Assembly (NCBI GenBank): GCA_963828735.1
Contig: CAWHFW010000002.1
Span: 288,001 to 352,000 of the forward strand
Direction: 5' to 3'
Source of the DNA: an uncultured Gemmatimonadales bacterium
GTDB lineage: Bacteria; Gemmatimonadota; Gemmatimonadetes; Gemmatimonadales; GWC2-71-9
Length of the DNA: 64,000 bases
In this document: positions 50,283-60,112 of the stretch, piece after piece
Position numbering within the stretch: the first letter of the stretch is position 1
Layout: every line of letters starts with the position of its first letter
The notes under the pieces: model-generated
The model's input: only the letters and a program-made list of their open reading frames with translations
Database searches by the model: none
Told to the model about the DNA's origin: nothing
Program-made: the position numbers and the translations under genes

Positions 50283-53200
50283 GGCGTTCGTGCCTCGGTA
50301 AGGCGCCGGAAGTAGTCCACCACCAGCCGCCGTTCCTCCGGCGAGAGCTGCTGCAGCTCCTCCCAGCTCGGCACCCGCAGCCGATCGTCGTCGCCGGTGA
50401 GCCTGGCACGGAGCGCTGGCGGCAAGTGCACGCTGTCATCGGTGGCCGTCGTGCTCTGACGCTCCTTCCGCTCGTCCTCTTCGCGCCCTTGCAGGGTTCG
50501 GCCGGCATCGAGCATGCGGCGGAACAGCCGCTCCTGGCGCTCGACCACCTGCCGGTCGAGGCGGCCGCCCTCGAGTCGCTTGGCAAGATCCTTCGCCTCG
50601 TCGGCCATCTCCCCCGCCCCCGGTAGATCGCCGCCGCCCTTCAGCTTCTGAAGCTCCTCCGCGAGCGCGCGCTGGCGGGCGCCGAGCTGTCTGAGCTGCT
50701 CGCGGATTGCCCCCGACCCGGCCATGGGCAGCAAGCCGGCCCCTTGCTGGCCAAGCCCGCCCTGCTGCTTCGCCAGCTCGGCCATCCGCTCCAGAGCCTC
50801 CGCCAACCCCGATCCCGACTCGGCCCCCTGGACGTCCCCGCGGGCACGGAGCAGCTGGTAGGCCGTCGCGTTGAGCGCATCCACCGCGCCGCCCGCCTGC
50901 TCGGCGCCTTCCCGCGCGTTGGGTGACGCGTTCGAGATCGCCTCCCGCGTGCGTTGCATCTGGAGCTGTGCGGCACCGAGGGCGGCTCCGATCTCCGGCG
51001 ACACCAGGGCGTTCTTGCCCGCGGTCTGTCGCATGTGCTCGAGCAAGCGCTCAACGCCCTCTTCGATGGCTCCCTGCTCGGCTCGGACCTGACCGCCGAC
51101 ATTGGCGCCGCTCTGCAACTGCTCCTGGACGGTGAGCTGGCGCTCCGCGAGGCGACTCGTTTCGGCGAGGGCCTGATCGATCGCGGCCATGACTTCCTGC
51201 TTCCACTGCTGCTGCATCCCCTGGCGTTCCTGCTGGAGCTGCTCGCTCAAGGGCTCGAGCGACCGCTCCGCCTCTTCGCCCTTCTCTCGAGCCTGCTCGC
51301 GCCGTCCGGACTGGCTGGCGGACGCGGCCTGCTTCATCTGCCCGCCGGCTTCTTGCGCCTGGTTCCCGGCCGCGTCGAGCCGGGCCTGCCGGGACGAGTC
51401 GCCCATGGACTGGCCCACGCGATCGAGGGCCGCGGCGAGCGAATCCGCGCGCGCCGCGAGCTCACGCTCGGCCTGTGCGGCCCGGGCACTGTCGCTCGCG
51501 CCGACCTGCCGGTTCCATTCGCGCTGCTCCTGCGCCAGCTCCTTGGACTCCTGGCTGAGATTCGCGAGGTCGCCCTCGAGCGCCGCCCGACGAAACAGCT
51601 CGCGGCTCCGCTCGAGCGCTTTGCGCGCTTCCTTCTGCGCATCGGCAAGCCGCTCGAGCGCCTCGCGGGTCCGGTCCGCGTCGAGCTCCTTGAGCGCCTG
51701 CTGCAGCTCCTGCAAGCGGTCCCGCAGCTCGGGAGAGAGCGCCCGCTCGAGCTCCTGGCGGATGTCGGCCAGCTCGCGTTGCCACGCCGTATCACCGAGA
51801 CCGGCTGCCTCCGCGCTCTTGCGGAGCGCCTCGACTGACTGCTTCAGCGACTCGGCCTGCTGCATCAGAACCTGTTGCGATTTGGCGACGCTCTCCGCCT
51901 TCTTCGCGTCCTCGAATGACAGCGACTCGCCGTTCTTCTCTCCGCGCCCCTCGGTGGAACGCGGCCGTTCCTGTGCGAGGTCGTCCGTCTGCCGCTCGAG
52001 CTGCTTGCTCGCGGCGGCGATCGAATCGAGGCGGCTCGACACGGCTTCGGTGACCACCCGCTGGGCCGCGCGCACCTCGCTCATGGTCGGGAGGCGTAGC
52101 ACATACTCCCGCGAGCGTCCCGACTGGCGCCCGGGCGCGTTATCGGTCGCGACGGCCCAATACCGGACCGTGTCGCCCGGAAGCAGGCCGCGCCGGGTGA
52201 GGTTGAGGGTGTGGCTCAGGATCGCGCGATCCGGCGTCTCCGCCGGCAGGGCGACGGTCTCGCGTCGCACCGAGTCCACGACTCCCAGCCGACTGATGCG
52301 GCGGCTCTCGAGCATGACGCCGGTGAGGCCGTGGTCGTCCCGGACATCGAGGACCAGAGGGACTTCGAGGCTGATCGGCGCCAAGGTGTCGGTCCCGGGC
52401 ACGGGCACCTCGACGTGGGGCGCGCTGTCGGCCACCAGCCGCACCGGCAGCCGCACCGTGTCGGAGGTGAGCGGCGCGCCGTTCGCGGTGACCAGGTGCA
52501 GTCGGTATTCGCCTGAGGTCTGCGGGACGAAGCTCCCAGCGAACCGTCCGCCGTCCACGCGAAGGTCCGTCCGTCGGGCGTCCACGCTCCAGGCCGCGGT
52601 CGCGAGCGGCGCGGTGGCCTCGCCCCGCGTCTCGAGCCGGGTCCCGGCGGGCAGCAGCAGCGTATCGCCGCCCGTCGGCACGGGCTCGGCGTCGAGACCG
52701 AGGTATGCGGGATAGTGAGCGGTGACGGCTAGGCTGCCGAGGAAGACGGGAAGCCTGACCTGGATGAAGACGGTGTCCGAGGAGCGCGTGCCGCTGGTGA
52801 CCCGCGCGAAGATGTCGCTCTGCAAGGCGCCGGTTGTCACCTGCGCGTGTCCGAGGGTGTCGAGCGATACTCCCCGTGCGCGCCAGCCTTCCCCGGGCGC
52901 CCGAAGCCACAAGGTCGCGTGGCGCCGGCCGAACGCTTCCAGCCGGAGCGTCGTCGAGTCGCCGCGGTCGACCACATCGCGGTCGGCGATCACCCGCACG
53001 GGCGCGACCGTGGCGTCCCACGCGCGGCGCGGATGCCAGAGCGCGGCGGCTGGCCCGTGAACCGGACCGGCCGAGCCGAACGCGGCAAGGCCGAGCACGA
53101 GGACACCGAGCCCGGCGAGACCGAGCAGCCGCACGGGCCGCGCGACAGGCTCGGCCGCGGCCGTGCCACGCTTATCCACGTCCTCGGCATGCAGGCGGTC

Positions 53201-53557
53201 GGCCAGGTCCAGCAATGCTCCGCTCGTTCCAGAAGCCGATCGTTCCAGCAACGCGGTGAGGGCGCCGCGTCGCCACGCGCCCACCTCCTCCAGCCTCCCC
53301 GCGAGACCCCCCGCCGACAGTCGCCCGCGCGACCGCCAGGCGAGCCACACCGCGGCGGCCAGCACCCCCAACGCACCCGCCCATGCCAGGAGCACCCAGT
53401 ACGGCGCCTCGAACCGGCCCAGCCGGACCACCCACGCGGCCACGCCCAGGAGCAGTGCGCCGGTGCCGAGCGCGAGCGCAGCCCAGCCCGCGGCGGCCCG
53501 CGCACGAAGTGGTCGCGCGACCCGCTGCAAGGCGTGGTAGGTGGCCGGGGTGGTCAC
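50279..53557 (-). CDS. DUF4175-like large membrane protein (TM, Ig-like domains, Q/E coiled coil)
   Basis: N-terminal TMs, YPAYLG, DDHGL, LLPGD..Y...A.DN, long coiled coil, terminal VVDYFRRL. Confidence 0.78.
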   Translation of the reverse strand: MTTPATYHALQRVARPLRARAAAGWAALALGTGALLLGVAAWVVRLGRFEAPYWVLLAWAGALGVLAAAVWLAWRSRGRLSAGGLAGRLEEVGAWRRGALTALLERSASGTSGALLDLADRLHAEDVDKRGTAAAEPVARPVRLLGLAGLGVLVLGLAAFGSAGPVHGPAAALWHPRRAWDATVAPVRVIADRDVVDRGDSTTLRLEAFGRRHATLWLRAPGEGWRARGVSLDTLGHAQVTTGALQSDIFARVTSGTRSSDTVFIQVRLPVFLGSLAVTAHYPAYLGLDAEPVPTGGDTLLLPAGTRLETRGEATAPLATAAWSVDARRTDLRVDGGRFAGSFVPQTSGEYRLHLVTANGAPLTSDTVRLPVRLVADSAPHVEVPVPGTDTLAPISLEVPLVLDVRDDHGLTGVMLESRRISRLGVVDSVRRETVALPAETPDRAILSHTLNLTRRGLLPGDTVRYWAVATDNAPGRQSGRSREYVLRLPTMSEVRAAQRVVTEAVSSRLDSIAAASKQLERQTDDLAQERPRSTEGRGEKNGESLSFEDAKKAESVAKSQQVLMQQAESLKQSVEALRKSAEAAGLGDTAWQRELADIRQELERALSPELRDRLQELQQALKELDADRTREALERLADAQKEARKALERSRELFRRAALEGDLANLSQESKELAQEQREWNRQVGASDSARAAQAERELAARADSLAAALDRVGQSMGDSSRQARLDAAGNQAQEAGGQMKQAASASQSGRREQAREKGEEAERSLEPLSEQLQQERQGMQQQWKQEVMAAIDQALAETSRLAERQLTVQEQLQSGANVGGQVRAEQGAIEEGVERLLEHMRQTAGKNALVSPEIGAALGAAQLQMQRTREAISNASPNAREGAEQAGGAVDALNATAYQLLRARGDVQGAESGSGLAEALERMAELAKQQGGLGQQGAGLLPMAGSGAIREQLRQLGARQRALAEELQKLKGGGDLPGAGEMADEAKDLAKRLEGGRLDRQVVERQERLFRRMLDAGRTLQGREEDERKERQSTTATDDSVHLPPALRARLTGDDDRLRVPSWEELQQLSPEERRLVVDYFRRLTEARTP

Positions 53558-54223
53558 CCGCCGAACCCGACAGCGTAGGCGAACAGGTTCACGCCCATTC
53601 GGAGCGCCGCTTCGTGCTTCTCCGGAGGATCGTGGTGCACCTCGAAATCCTCCCACCCGTCGCCCAGGTCGCTTTGATAGGAGTAGTAGACGGCCAAGCG
53701 CCCATCGAGGAAGATCCCGAATCCCTGCGCGGGCTTGCCGTCGTGCACGTGGATCTTGGGAATGCCCTTGGGGAAGTCGTAGACCAGGTGATAGATCGGG
53801 TGATCGAGCGGAACTTCGACGAGAGGATGATCGGGAAACAGTCGCTCGAGCTCCCTGCGGATCGAGGCATCCATCCCGTAGTTGTCGTCCGCGTGGAGGA
53901 ATCCACCTTGCTGGAGGTAACGGCGCAGGGTGACCACGTCGGCATCGCTCCAGTGCACGTTGCCGTGACCCGTCATGTAGATGTAGGGCACGTTCCACAG
54001 CTCATCGTCCGAGAGCGTCACGTACTTTCTCCTCGGCGGTGACCCGAAGACCCGTACGAGTGCGGATGGCAGTCAACAGATTGGGGAGGCTGGACGGGTT
54101 CGCGTACCAATCGCCGCCGCCGTCGTAGTGAAGACGTCCGATCGTCATGACCGGTGCGGCGGTGGGCGGGGCGGCCGCGGCCAGCAGCGCCAGCAGCAGA
54201 ACCGGAACGACGCGTCGGATCAT
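53554..54223 (-). CDS. DUF4159 domain protein (+1 frameshift near 54022)
   Basis: YDGGGDWYANPSSLPNL; YMTGHG, GGFLHADDNYG, DLGDGWE, MGVN. Confidence 0.88.
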
Positions 54224-55053
54224 GGCAGCTCCATCACCAGGCGGTAGGCGTCGTTCCGGGACAGGCCGAGGGTATCGCTCAAGCGACGGACCACCTCCCG
54301 GCGGGTGAGCCCTTCCGCCAGGAGGAGCGCCGCCTGCTCTCTGGCGTCCTCGGTTCGGTCTGGAGGCTCGGCGGGCATCCCGGTGCCCTCGAGGACGACG
54401 GTCAGCTCACCCCGCGGCGGATGCTCCGAATAATAGCTCGCGAGTTCCTTCAGGGGTCCCAACCGGAACTCCTCGTGCAGCTTGGTCAGCTCACGCGCGA
54501 CCACGGCCCGCCGCTCCCCGCCGGCCACCTTGGCCAGGTCGGCGAGGAGGTCCGTCAGCCGCGGCGGCGCTTCGAAGAAGACGACGCTCCATTCTTCGGC
54601 GGCCGCACGCGACAGGAGTCGGGCCCGCTCGCCGCCCTTGCGCGGAACAAAGCCGAGGAACAAATACCGATCGCCCCTGAAGCCCGCGGCGGAAAGCGCC
54701 GTCGCAACGGCGGAAGGTCCCGCGATCGGCACGACAACGATGCCGGATTCGCGCGCCGCCGCGACGAGATCGCTTCCCGGATCGCTCACGGCCGGCGTCC
54801 CCGCATCGGACACCAGGGCTACGTCCCGCCCGTCGTGAAGGATCTGGAGCAGGGTTTCGAGTCGCCGATCTTCCGAATGCGCGTGGTAGCTCAGGAGTTG
54901 CGGTGCGGCACCGAGGTGAGTGAGCAAGCCCCGCGTGCGGCGGGTGTCCTCCGCGGCCACGACCGGAACGGTCCGCAGGACCTCGCTGGCCCGCGCCGAA
55001 AGGTCGCCCAGGTTTCCGAGCGGAGTGGCGACGACGAAGAGGATGCCCGGCAT
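54220..55053 (-). CDS. rsmI: 16S rRNA C1402 2'-O-methyltransferase
   Basis: VATPLGNLGD, AEDTR, SDAGTP.VSDPG, RELTK.HEE. Confidence 0.96.
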   Translation of the reverse strand: MPGILFVVATPLGNLGDLSARASEVLRTVPVVAAEDTRRTRGLLTHLGAAPQLLSYHAHSEDRRLETLLQILHDGRDVALVSDAGTPAVSDPGSDLVAAARESGIVVVPIAGPSAVATALSAAGFRGDRYLFLGFVPRKGGERARLLSRAAAEEWSVVFFEAPPRLTDLLADLAKVAGGERRAVVARELTKLHEEFRLGPLKELASYYSEHPPRGELTVVLEGTGMPAEPPDRTEDAREQAALLLAEGLTRREVVRRLSDTLGLSRNDAYRLVMELP

Positions 55054-55160
55054 GAATGAAAGGTAGGGACTGCCGAGAAGGCGGAGAAGCCGAGGCCCAC
55101 GAAAGCGCCCCGGCCGCGCCGGTCAATCACCCGGAGGAGATGCCCTCCGTCCTGTGGCGC

Positions 55161-55499
55161 CTAGGCCAGGTGCTGCTTGATCTTGCCCTCGAGCGTGGCC
55201 TTCGGTACGGCCCCGATGACCGTATCCACGTGCTGCCCGTTCTTGAAGAAGAGGATGCTCGGAATGGACCGGACATTGAACCGCATGGCCGTACGCTGGT
55301 TCGAATCCACGTCCACCTTGGCCACCTTGGCCTTCCCGGCGTACTCTCCGGCAAGCTGGTCGAGGATCGGCGCCACGACCTGACACGGACCGCACCACGT
55401 CGCCCAGAAATCGACGAGCACGAGCCCATTGGCCTGCTCGATCTCGCTGGCGAACGAGGAGTCGGTAACGTGGACGGTCTGGGAATTCGTCGTGGCCAT
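55161..55499 (-). CDS. trxA: Thioredoxin
   Basis: DFWATWCGPC, SIP. Confidence 0.97.
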   Translation of the reverse strand: MATTNSQTVHVTDSSFASEIEQANGLVLVDFWATWCGPCQVVAPILDQLAGEYAGKAKVAKVDVDSNQRTAMRFNVRSIPSILFFKNGQHVDTVIGAVPKATLEGKIKQHLA

Positions 55500-55554
55500 G
55501 ATGTTATTCTCCTGTTGTTGATTCCGTCTCGACCAGATTCGACGGAGGGATCGC

Positions 55555-55950
55555 TTGCCTGATCGCCCCCGCATCGCTCATGTGGGCGTGGCCGTGAACG
55601 ACCTCGACGCCGCGCTCGCCTTCTATCAGGATGTCCTCGGCCTCAGCCCGCATCCCGCGGAGGAGGCCGACGGGGCGACGATCGTCTCGCTCCCCTTCGG
55701 CGATTCCGAGGTCGAGCTGCTCGCACCGCTCCGCCCCGACAGTCCCATTGCCCGGTTCCTCGAACGTCGGGGTCCTGGGATTCACCACATCTGCTACCGG
55801 GTTCCCGATCTCGAGGCGGCGCTGGCGGCATGCCGCCAGGCGGGATACCGATTGGTCGACGAGGTTCCGCGGACCGGGGCCGGCGGGCGCCGGATCGCCT
55901 TCGTCCATCCGAAGGCGACCGCCGGGATCTTGCTCGAACTCAGCGAGTAA
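55555..55950 (+). CDS. mce: Methylmalonyl-CoA epimerase (VOC fold)
   Basis: HVGVAV, ELL.P, GPGIHHIC, FVHPK..GILLEL. Confidence 0.9.
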   Translation: MPDRPRIAHVGVAVNDLDAALAFYQDVLGLSPHPAEEADGATIVSLPFGDSEVELLAPLRPDSPIARFLERRGPGIHHICYRVPDLEAALAACRQAGYRLVDEVPRTGAGGRRIAFVHPKATAGILLELSE

Positions 55951-55989
55951 GATAACAGCAGCAGGGGGAGCGAAGTTCCGCCGAAAAAA

Positions 55990-56457
55990 TCAGGGGCTGC
56001 GGGTGGATGCGGTGTCGTTGGCCGACGAATCACAGGGCCTGGCGGGATTGCCGGCCGCGCCGAGATCCACCTGGTTGATGATCCAGTTCTTGTCCGCCAT
56101 CTGGATCACCTTGAAGGGGACGTCCCAAGTACAGGCCTGGCGCCGGATCTGGACCTGCATCGCGCGGCGAGCCTCGGAGCCGTCGGGGAGATCGGAGAGA
56201 ATCCGATAGTCATCGTGGCTCAGATAGGCCTGCATGACCGTGATCCGGCGCTCGTAATCCGGTGGCTGGCGCGTGCGTCCCGCGGGCCCAGCCGCCGTGC
56301 CCCACAGGCTGGCCATGGCGGTGAGATTGCTGTCGGCCACGGCCTTCATGAAGCTCTCCACGGCGGCGGGCGCCGTATTGGCCGGATGTACCTCGGCGGC
56401 GCTGCCACCCCCGCAGGCCGACAGGAACAGGGCCGCCGCGTACCACCGTCCGTTCAT
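55990..56457 (-). CDS. Hypothetical lipoprotein
   Basis: MNGRWYAAALFLSAC lipobox; two further Cys. Confidence 0.75.
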   Translation of the reverse strand: MNGRWYAAALFLSACGGGSAAEVHPANTAPAAVESFMKAVADSNLTAMASLWGTAAGPAGRTRQPPDYERRITVMQAYLSHDDYRILSDLPDGSEARRAMQVQIRRQACTWDVPFKVIQMADKNWIINQVDLGAAGNPARPCDSSANDTASTRSP

Positions 56458-56519
56458 CACCGGTCGCTCGTTGGGGAAGTAGGAGCGTGCGAAGTTAATT
56501 GGCCGCGGAGTTGCGAGCA

Positions 56520-57242
56520 ATGACGTCCCAGCGCCTGTACATCAACATCGATCACGTCGCCACCGTCCGGCAGGCACGCCGCACCGACGAGCCCGATCCG
56601 CTCGAGGCCGCGCGGCTGTGCGAGGCGGCCGGTGCGGACGGCATCACCGTCCATCTCCGCGAGGATCGTCGGCACATCCAGGATGACGACGTCGAACGCC
56701 TGGCGCCGGCCGTGCGCGTCCTCAATCTGGAGCTCGCGACGAGTCCCGACGTGCTCGCGCTTGCCTGCCGGCTCCGGCCCTATCAGGCCACCATCGTGCC
56801 CGAGCGGCGAGAAGAGGTGACCACCGAGGGCGGCCTCGATTTGAGCCGCACGAGCCCCCGCTTGCGTGAGACCATTCGACGTCTCGACGAGGCCGGCGCC
56901 CGGGTGAGCCTGTTCCTCGACCCGGATCCCGCCGCACTCGATGCGGCGAAGGACCTCGGCGTGCCGGCGATCGAGCTTCATACCGGGCGCTATGCCCACG
57001 GCTGGCGAAAAGGGGACGCGGCGCTCGACGAGCTCCGGCGTGCGGCGCGTCATGCGGCGGACATGGGACTCTTCGTCCATGCCGGCCACGGCCTCACGTA
57101 CGAGAACGTCCTTCCGGTGGCCGCGATACCCGAGATCGAGGAGCTCAACATCGGCCACAGCATCGTCAGTCGCGCCGTGATGGTCGGGATGGGTGCGGCC
57201 GTGCAGCAGATGCTCCACTTGGTGCGCGGCGCAAGGCGCTGA
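56520..57242 (+). CDS. pdxJ: Pyridoxine 5'-phosphate synthase
   Basis: [36 protein letters not shown]. Confidence 0.97.
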   Translation: MTSQRLYINIDHVATVRQARRTDEPDPLEAARLCEAAGADGITVHLREDRRHIQDDDVERLAPAVRVLNLELATSPDVLALACRLRPYQATIVPERREEVTTEGGLDLSRTSPRLRETIRRLDEAGARVSLFLDPDPAALDAAKDLGVPAIELHTGRYAHGWRKGDAALDELRRAARHAADMGLFVHAGHGLTYENVLPVAAIPEIEELNIGHSIVSRAVMVGMGAAVQQMLHLVRGARR

Positions 57243-57255
57243 TACTTTCCGAGCC

Positions 57256-59091
57256 ATGACAAACCCCCTGGCCGCCGCCGACTTCTTCGCTCTCGAGGCG
57301 GGCGAATGCCTTGACCGCCTCGAAACGCTCGTGGGCCGGTCCGATGGTCCGCCCGCCGAGGAGTTTCTTCGCACCGCGCGCGTGCTGCGCGGCTCGGCGT
57401 TGATGGCCTCGCAGCAACCCATCGCGCGAGCGGCTGCGGGACTCGAAGGCCTCGCCCGGGCGTACCGCGACGGCCGGCGCCCGTGGGATCCGGCGACCCG
57501 CGAACAGGCGGCCCAGGCCATCGAGGAGTTCCGGCTGCTCGTTCGGCGGGTGCGCGAATGGGGCGAGCCGGAAACGGCACGCTCGGTCCGCCTCGGCTTG
57601 AGCCTCGAGTCGTTGGCCGGCCGCACGACCGGAGCAGGCCCGGCAGGCGAGCCTGGGGGCCGCCGCAACGAGCAGGGTGAACTCAACGCCGGGGTACGGG
57701 CCTTCGTGGCGCGCGAGGGGGCGCTGATTGCGAGCGCGCTCGACCGGGCCGCCCGCGCGCTGCAGGTGTCGCCCGGCGATCGCGAGCCGCTCTACACCGT
57801 CATCCGCCGCATGCAGTCGCTCCGGGGTCTCGCCGAGCTGAGCGACCTCGTTCCGCTTCCGGAGATTCTCGACGGCATCGAGCTCGCGGTCGGCGACCTC
57901 ACCCGGCTGTTCGCGCCACCGCCCGGCGTGGACGCCGTGATCGCCGCCGGGTCCGTCGCGCTCACCCGCATCTCGCGCGACATCGCCGAGCACGGCCGCC
58001 CGGAGCCCGAAACCGAGGAGGCCCGCCGGTTCACGGAACTCCTGTTACGGGCGTTCGCGGTGGAACGCGATGTCGTGCCGATCGAGTCGCTCTATTACGA
58101 GGACGACCCGTCACCGCTGACGCCGCCGGTCGCCCAGCCGCAGTTCTCGCCACCCGCCCCGCTCGGTCCGCTGGAGCTGGTGAGCCACGGCGAGCACCTG
58201 TGCCAGAGCGCGGATCTCATCGCGCGCTCCCGATCGGCCGTCGAGCGCGATCTCCGCCTCTACCACCTGCTGGGGACGCTCCGGTCCGCCGGGACGCCCG
58301 GACCCGACCCGGTTGCCGGGGCGCTGGTCGTGTTCGCGCGGTCAGCCCGGGAGGCGCTTGCCGCCGGCGTTGCGGCTCGGGCCACCCCGGCGCTCGTGAG
58401 CTGCCTGCGTGAAGCGGGCGAGCTGCTCCGGGCAGTCGCGGACGCCGACGACCGGATGCTCATCTCCCGGCGCATTCTGGACGCCGCTTATCGGCTCGAC
58501 GGCCTCCGCCTGGCCGAGGCCGTCCCGCTTCCGCCGCCGATGCCGGCTTCTGCCGCTCCACCTGTCCCGGTCCCGCCCGCTCCGGAACCGGAGCCGCCAA
58601 TCGTGCCCATCGGGTCGCTGCTCTACGACGAGACACCGGTGCCCATCGAGTCGCTGCTCGAAGGCGAGCCCGTCGTGGACATCGAGTCGCTGCTCGACGA
58701 TGAGCGTGTGGTGGCCATCGAGAGCCTGGGATACGACGAGGCTTCGGTGACGTCCTCGCCGACCGGGGCCTCCGAACGGGGTCCGGCAGGCGGACTCGAG
58801 GCCAGCTACCGCACGTTCGATCGCCTGCGGCGCGAGCGGGCCGCGGAGTCGCCGTCCCTGGAGGCTCTGGTGGGCCGCGCGCTCGCTGCCGCGGCGCCGC
58901 CCCCGAGCGAGGGGACGGTGACGATCGAGATCGGCACGCTCTGTTATCGGGGGCGCGCCGCGCTTGAGCGTGCGGCCGCGGTCCGCCAGCAGCTCGCCGA
59001 CGAGTTGGCGCGCAACGGGGGCCTCGAGGCAATTCAGCCGCTGCTGCAGGAGCTCCTCGACCTCGTCCCCTTGGCGCTTGCCGAATCCTGA
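57256..59091 (+). CDS. Helical protein with His-less HPt-like bundles and acidic repeats
   Basis: FLRTARVLRGSA and IRRMQSLRGLA resemble the HPt FRxxHxLKG motif; VxIESL repeats. Confidence 0.65.
   Translation: MTNPLAAADFFALEAGECLDRLETLVGRSDGPPAEEFLRTARVLRGSALMASQQPIARAAAGLEGLARAYRDGRRPWDPATREQAAQAIEEFRLLVRRVREWGEPETARSVRLGLSLESLAGRTTGAGPAGEPGGRRNEQGELNAGVRAFVAREGALIASALDRAARALQVSPGDREPLYTVIRRMQSLRGLAELSDLVPLPEILDGIELAVGDLTRLFAPPPGVDAVIAAGSVALTRISRDIAEHGRPEPETEEARRFTELLLRAFAVERDVVPIESLYYEDDPSPLTPPVAQPQFSPPAPLGPLELVSHGEHLCQSADLIARSRSAVERDLRLYHLLGTLRSAGTPGPDPVAGALVVFARSAREALAAGVAARATPALVSCLREAGELLRAVADADDRMLISRRILDAAYRLDGLRLAEAVPLPPPMPASAAPPVPVPPAPEPEPPIVPIGSLLYDETPVPIESLLEGEPVVDIESLLDDERVVAIESLGYDEASVTSSPTGASERGPAGGLEASYRTFDRLRRERAAESPSLEALVGRALAAAAPPPSEGTVTIEIGTLCYRGRAALERAAAVRQQLADELARNGGLEAIQPLLQELLDLVPLALAES
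58597..58740 (+). repeat. Four degenerate 36-bp (12 aa) coding tandem repeats
   Basis: PIVPIGSLLYDE/TPVPIESLLEGE/PVVDIESLLDDE/RVVAIESLGYDE. Confidence 0.9.
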
Positions 59092-60112
59092 CGCGGCGTC
59101 CGCGGCCGGCCGCAAACGGCGGATCGGCGCCGTCGTCGGCACCGTCGTCGCCGGCGCGCTGCTCTTCTGGGCGCTGCGCGGCGTCCACCTCGGCGAGGTG
59201 GTCGAGCACCTGCGCAATGCGCACCTCGTGCCCCTGCTCGCCGCGGCGGTCATCGCGACGGCGACATATCCGCTTCGCCTCGTGCGCTGGCGCCTGCTGC
59301 TTCGGGCCGCCGATGGCGGCCCGCTCCCGGCCGCTCCCCTCTGGCATGCCGTCGCGATCGGTTTCATGGCCAACAACATCCTCCCGTTCCGCGCTGGTGA
59401 GCTGGTCAGGCTGTTAGCCGCCTCGCGACTCGCCGGCGCACGATTCAGCGCGGCGCTATCCTCGGTGGCCGTCGAGCGGATCTTCGATGGCCTCACGGTG
59501 GTGGCGTTGATGAGCCTGTCGCTGCTCGTCTCCGAGCTCCCGCCTGACGTTGCCGTCGGTGGCGTTTCCCTGCGGCACGCGGCCCAGGCTGCCGGCGTCC
59601 TCGGAGTCGCGGCGCTGGCCGCGGCTCTCGTGGTCGTGGCGTTTCCCCTCACGGCCGAGCGGATCGTGCGACGCCTGCTCCCCGCCGGCCGGCTTGCCGA
59701 TCGGATCGTGGACCTGATCGAGGGCATCCGTCACGGCCTCACGGTGCTGCGCTCTCCCTCCCTCCTCGCGGGCACGATTCTCTGGTCGCTGGTGCTCTGG
59801 CTCACCAATGCGTTCGCGTTCTACGTGGCGTTCCAGGCGTTCGATATTCCAGTGGGGTTCGTCGGCGCACTGCTGTTGCAGGGCATTCTCGTATTCGGCA
59901 TCACGGTGCAGCTCACACCGGGGTTTGTGGGACAGTTCGAGGCCTCGATCGTCGCGGCCCTTGCCCTGTTCCGCGTTCCCGTCGCGCTCGCCTCTTCGTA
60001 TGCGATCGCGTTTCACGCGGCCACGTTCGTGCCCATCGTTCTCCTCGGCGCCTGGTCGCTCGCCCGCACTCCCGTCGCCCTGAGCGACCTGCGCAGCCCG
60101 CGACCGTCATGA
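59078..60112 (+). CDS. Lysylphosphatidylglycerol synthase TM / flippase-like (UPF0104) protein
   Basis: RW..LL, N.LPFRAGELVR, ERIFD, TPGFVG.FE. Confidence 0.88.
   Translation: MPNPDAASAAGRKRRIGAVVGTVVAGALLFWALRGVHLGEVVEHLRNAHLVPLLAAAVIATATYPLRLVRWRLLLRAADGGPLPAAPLWHAVAIGFMANNILPFRAGELVRLLAASRLAGARFSAALSSVAVERIFDGLTVVALMSLSLLVSELPPDVAVGGVSLRHAAQAAGVLGVAALAAALVVVAFPLTAERIVRRLLPAGRLADRIVDLIEGIRHGLTVLRSPSLLAGTILWSLVLWLTNAFAFYVAFQAFDIPVGFVGALLLQGILVFGITVQLTPGFVGQFEASIVAALALFRVPVALASSYAIAFHAATFVPIVLLGAWSLARTPVALSDLRSPRPS

Noticed and set aside
58597..58740. CRISPR array
   Set aside because: In-frame degenerate coding repeats with no spacers and no cas genes.
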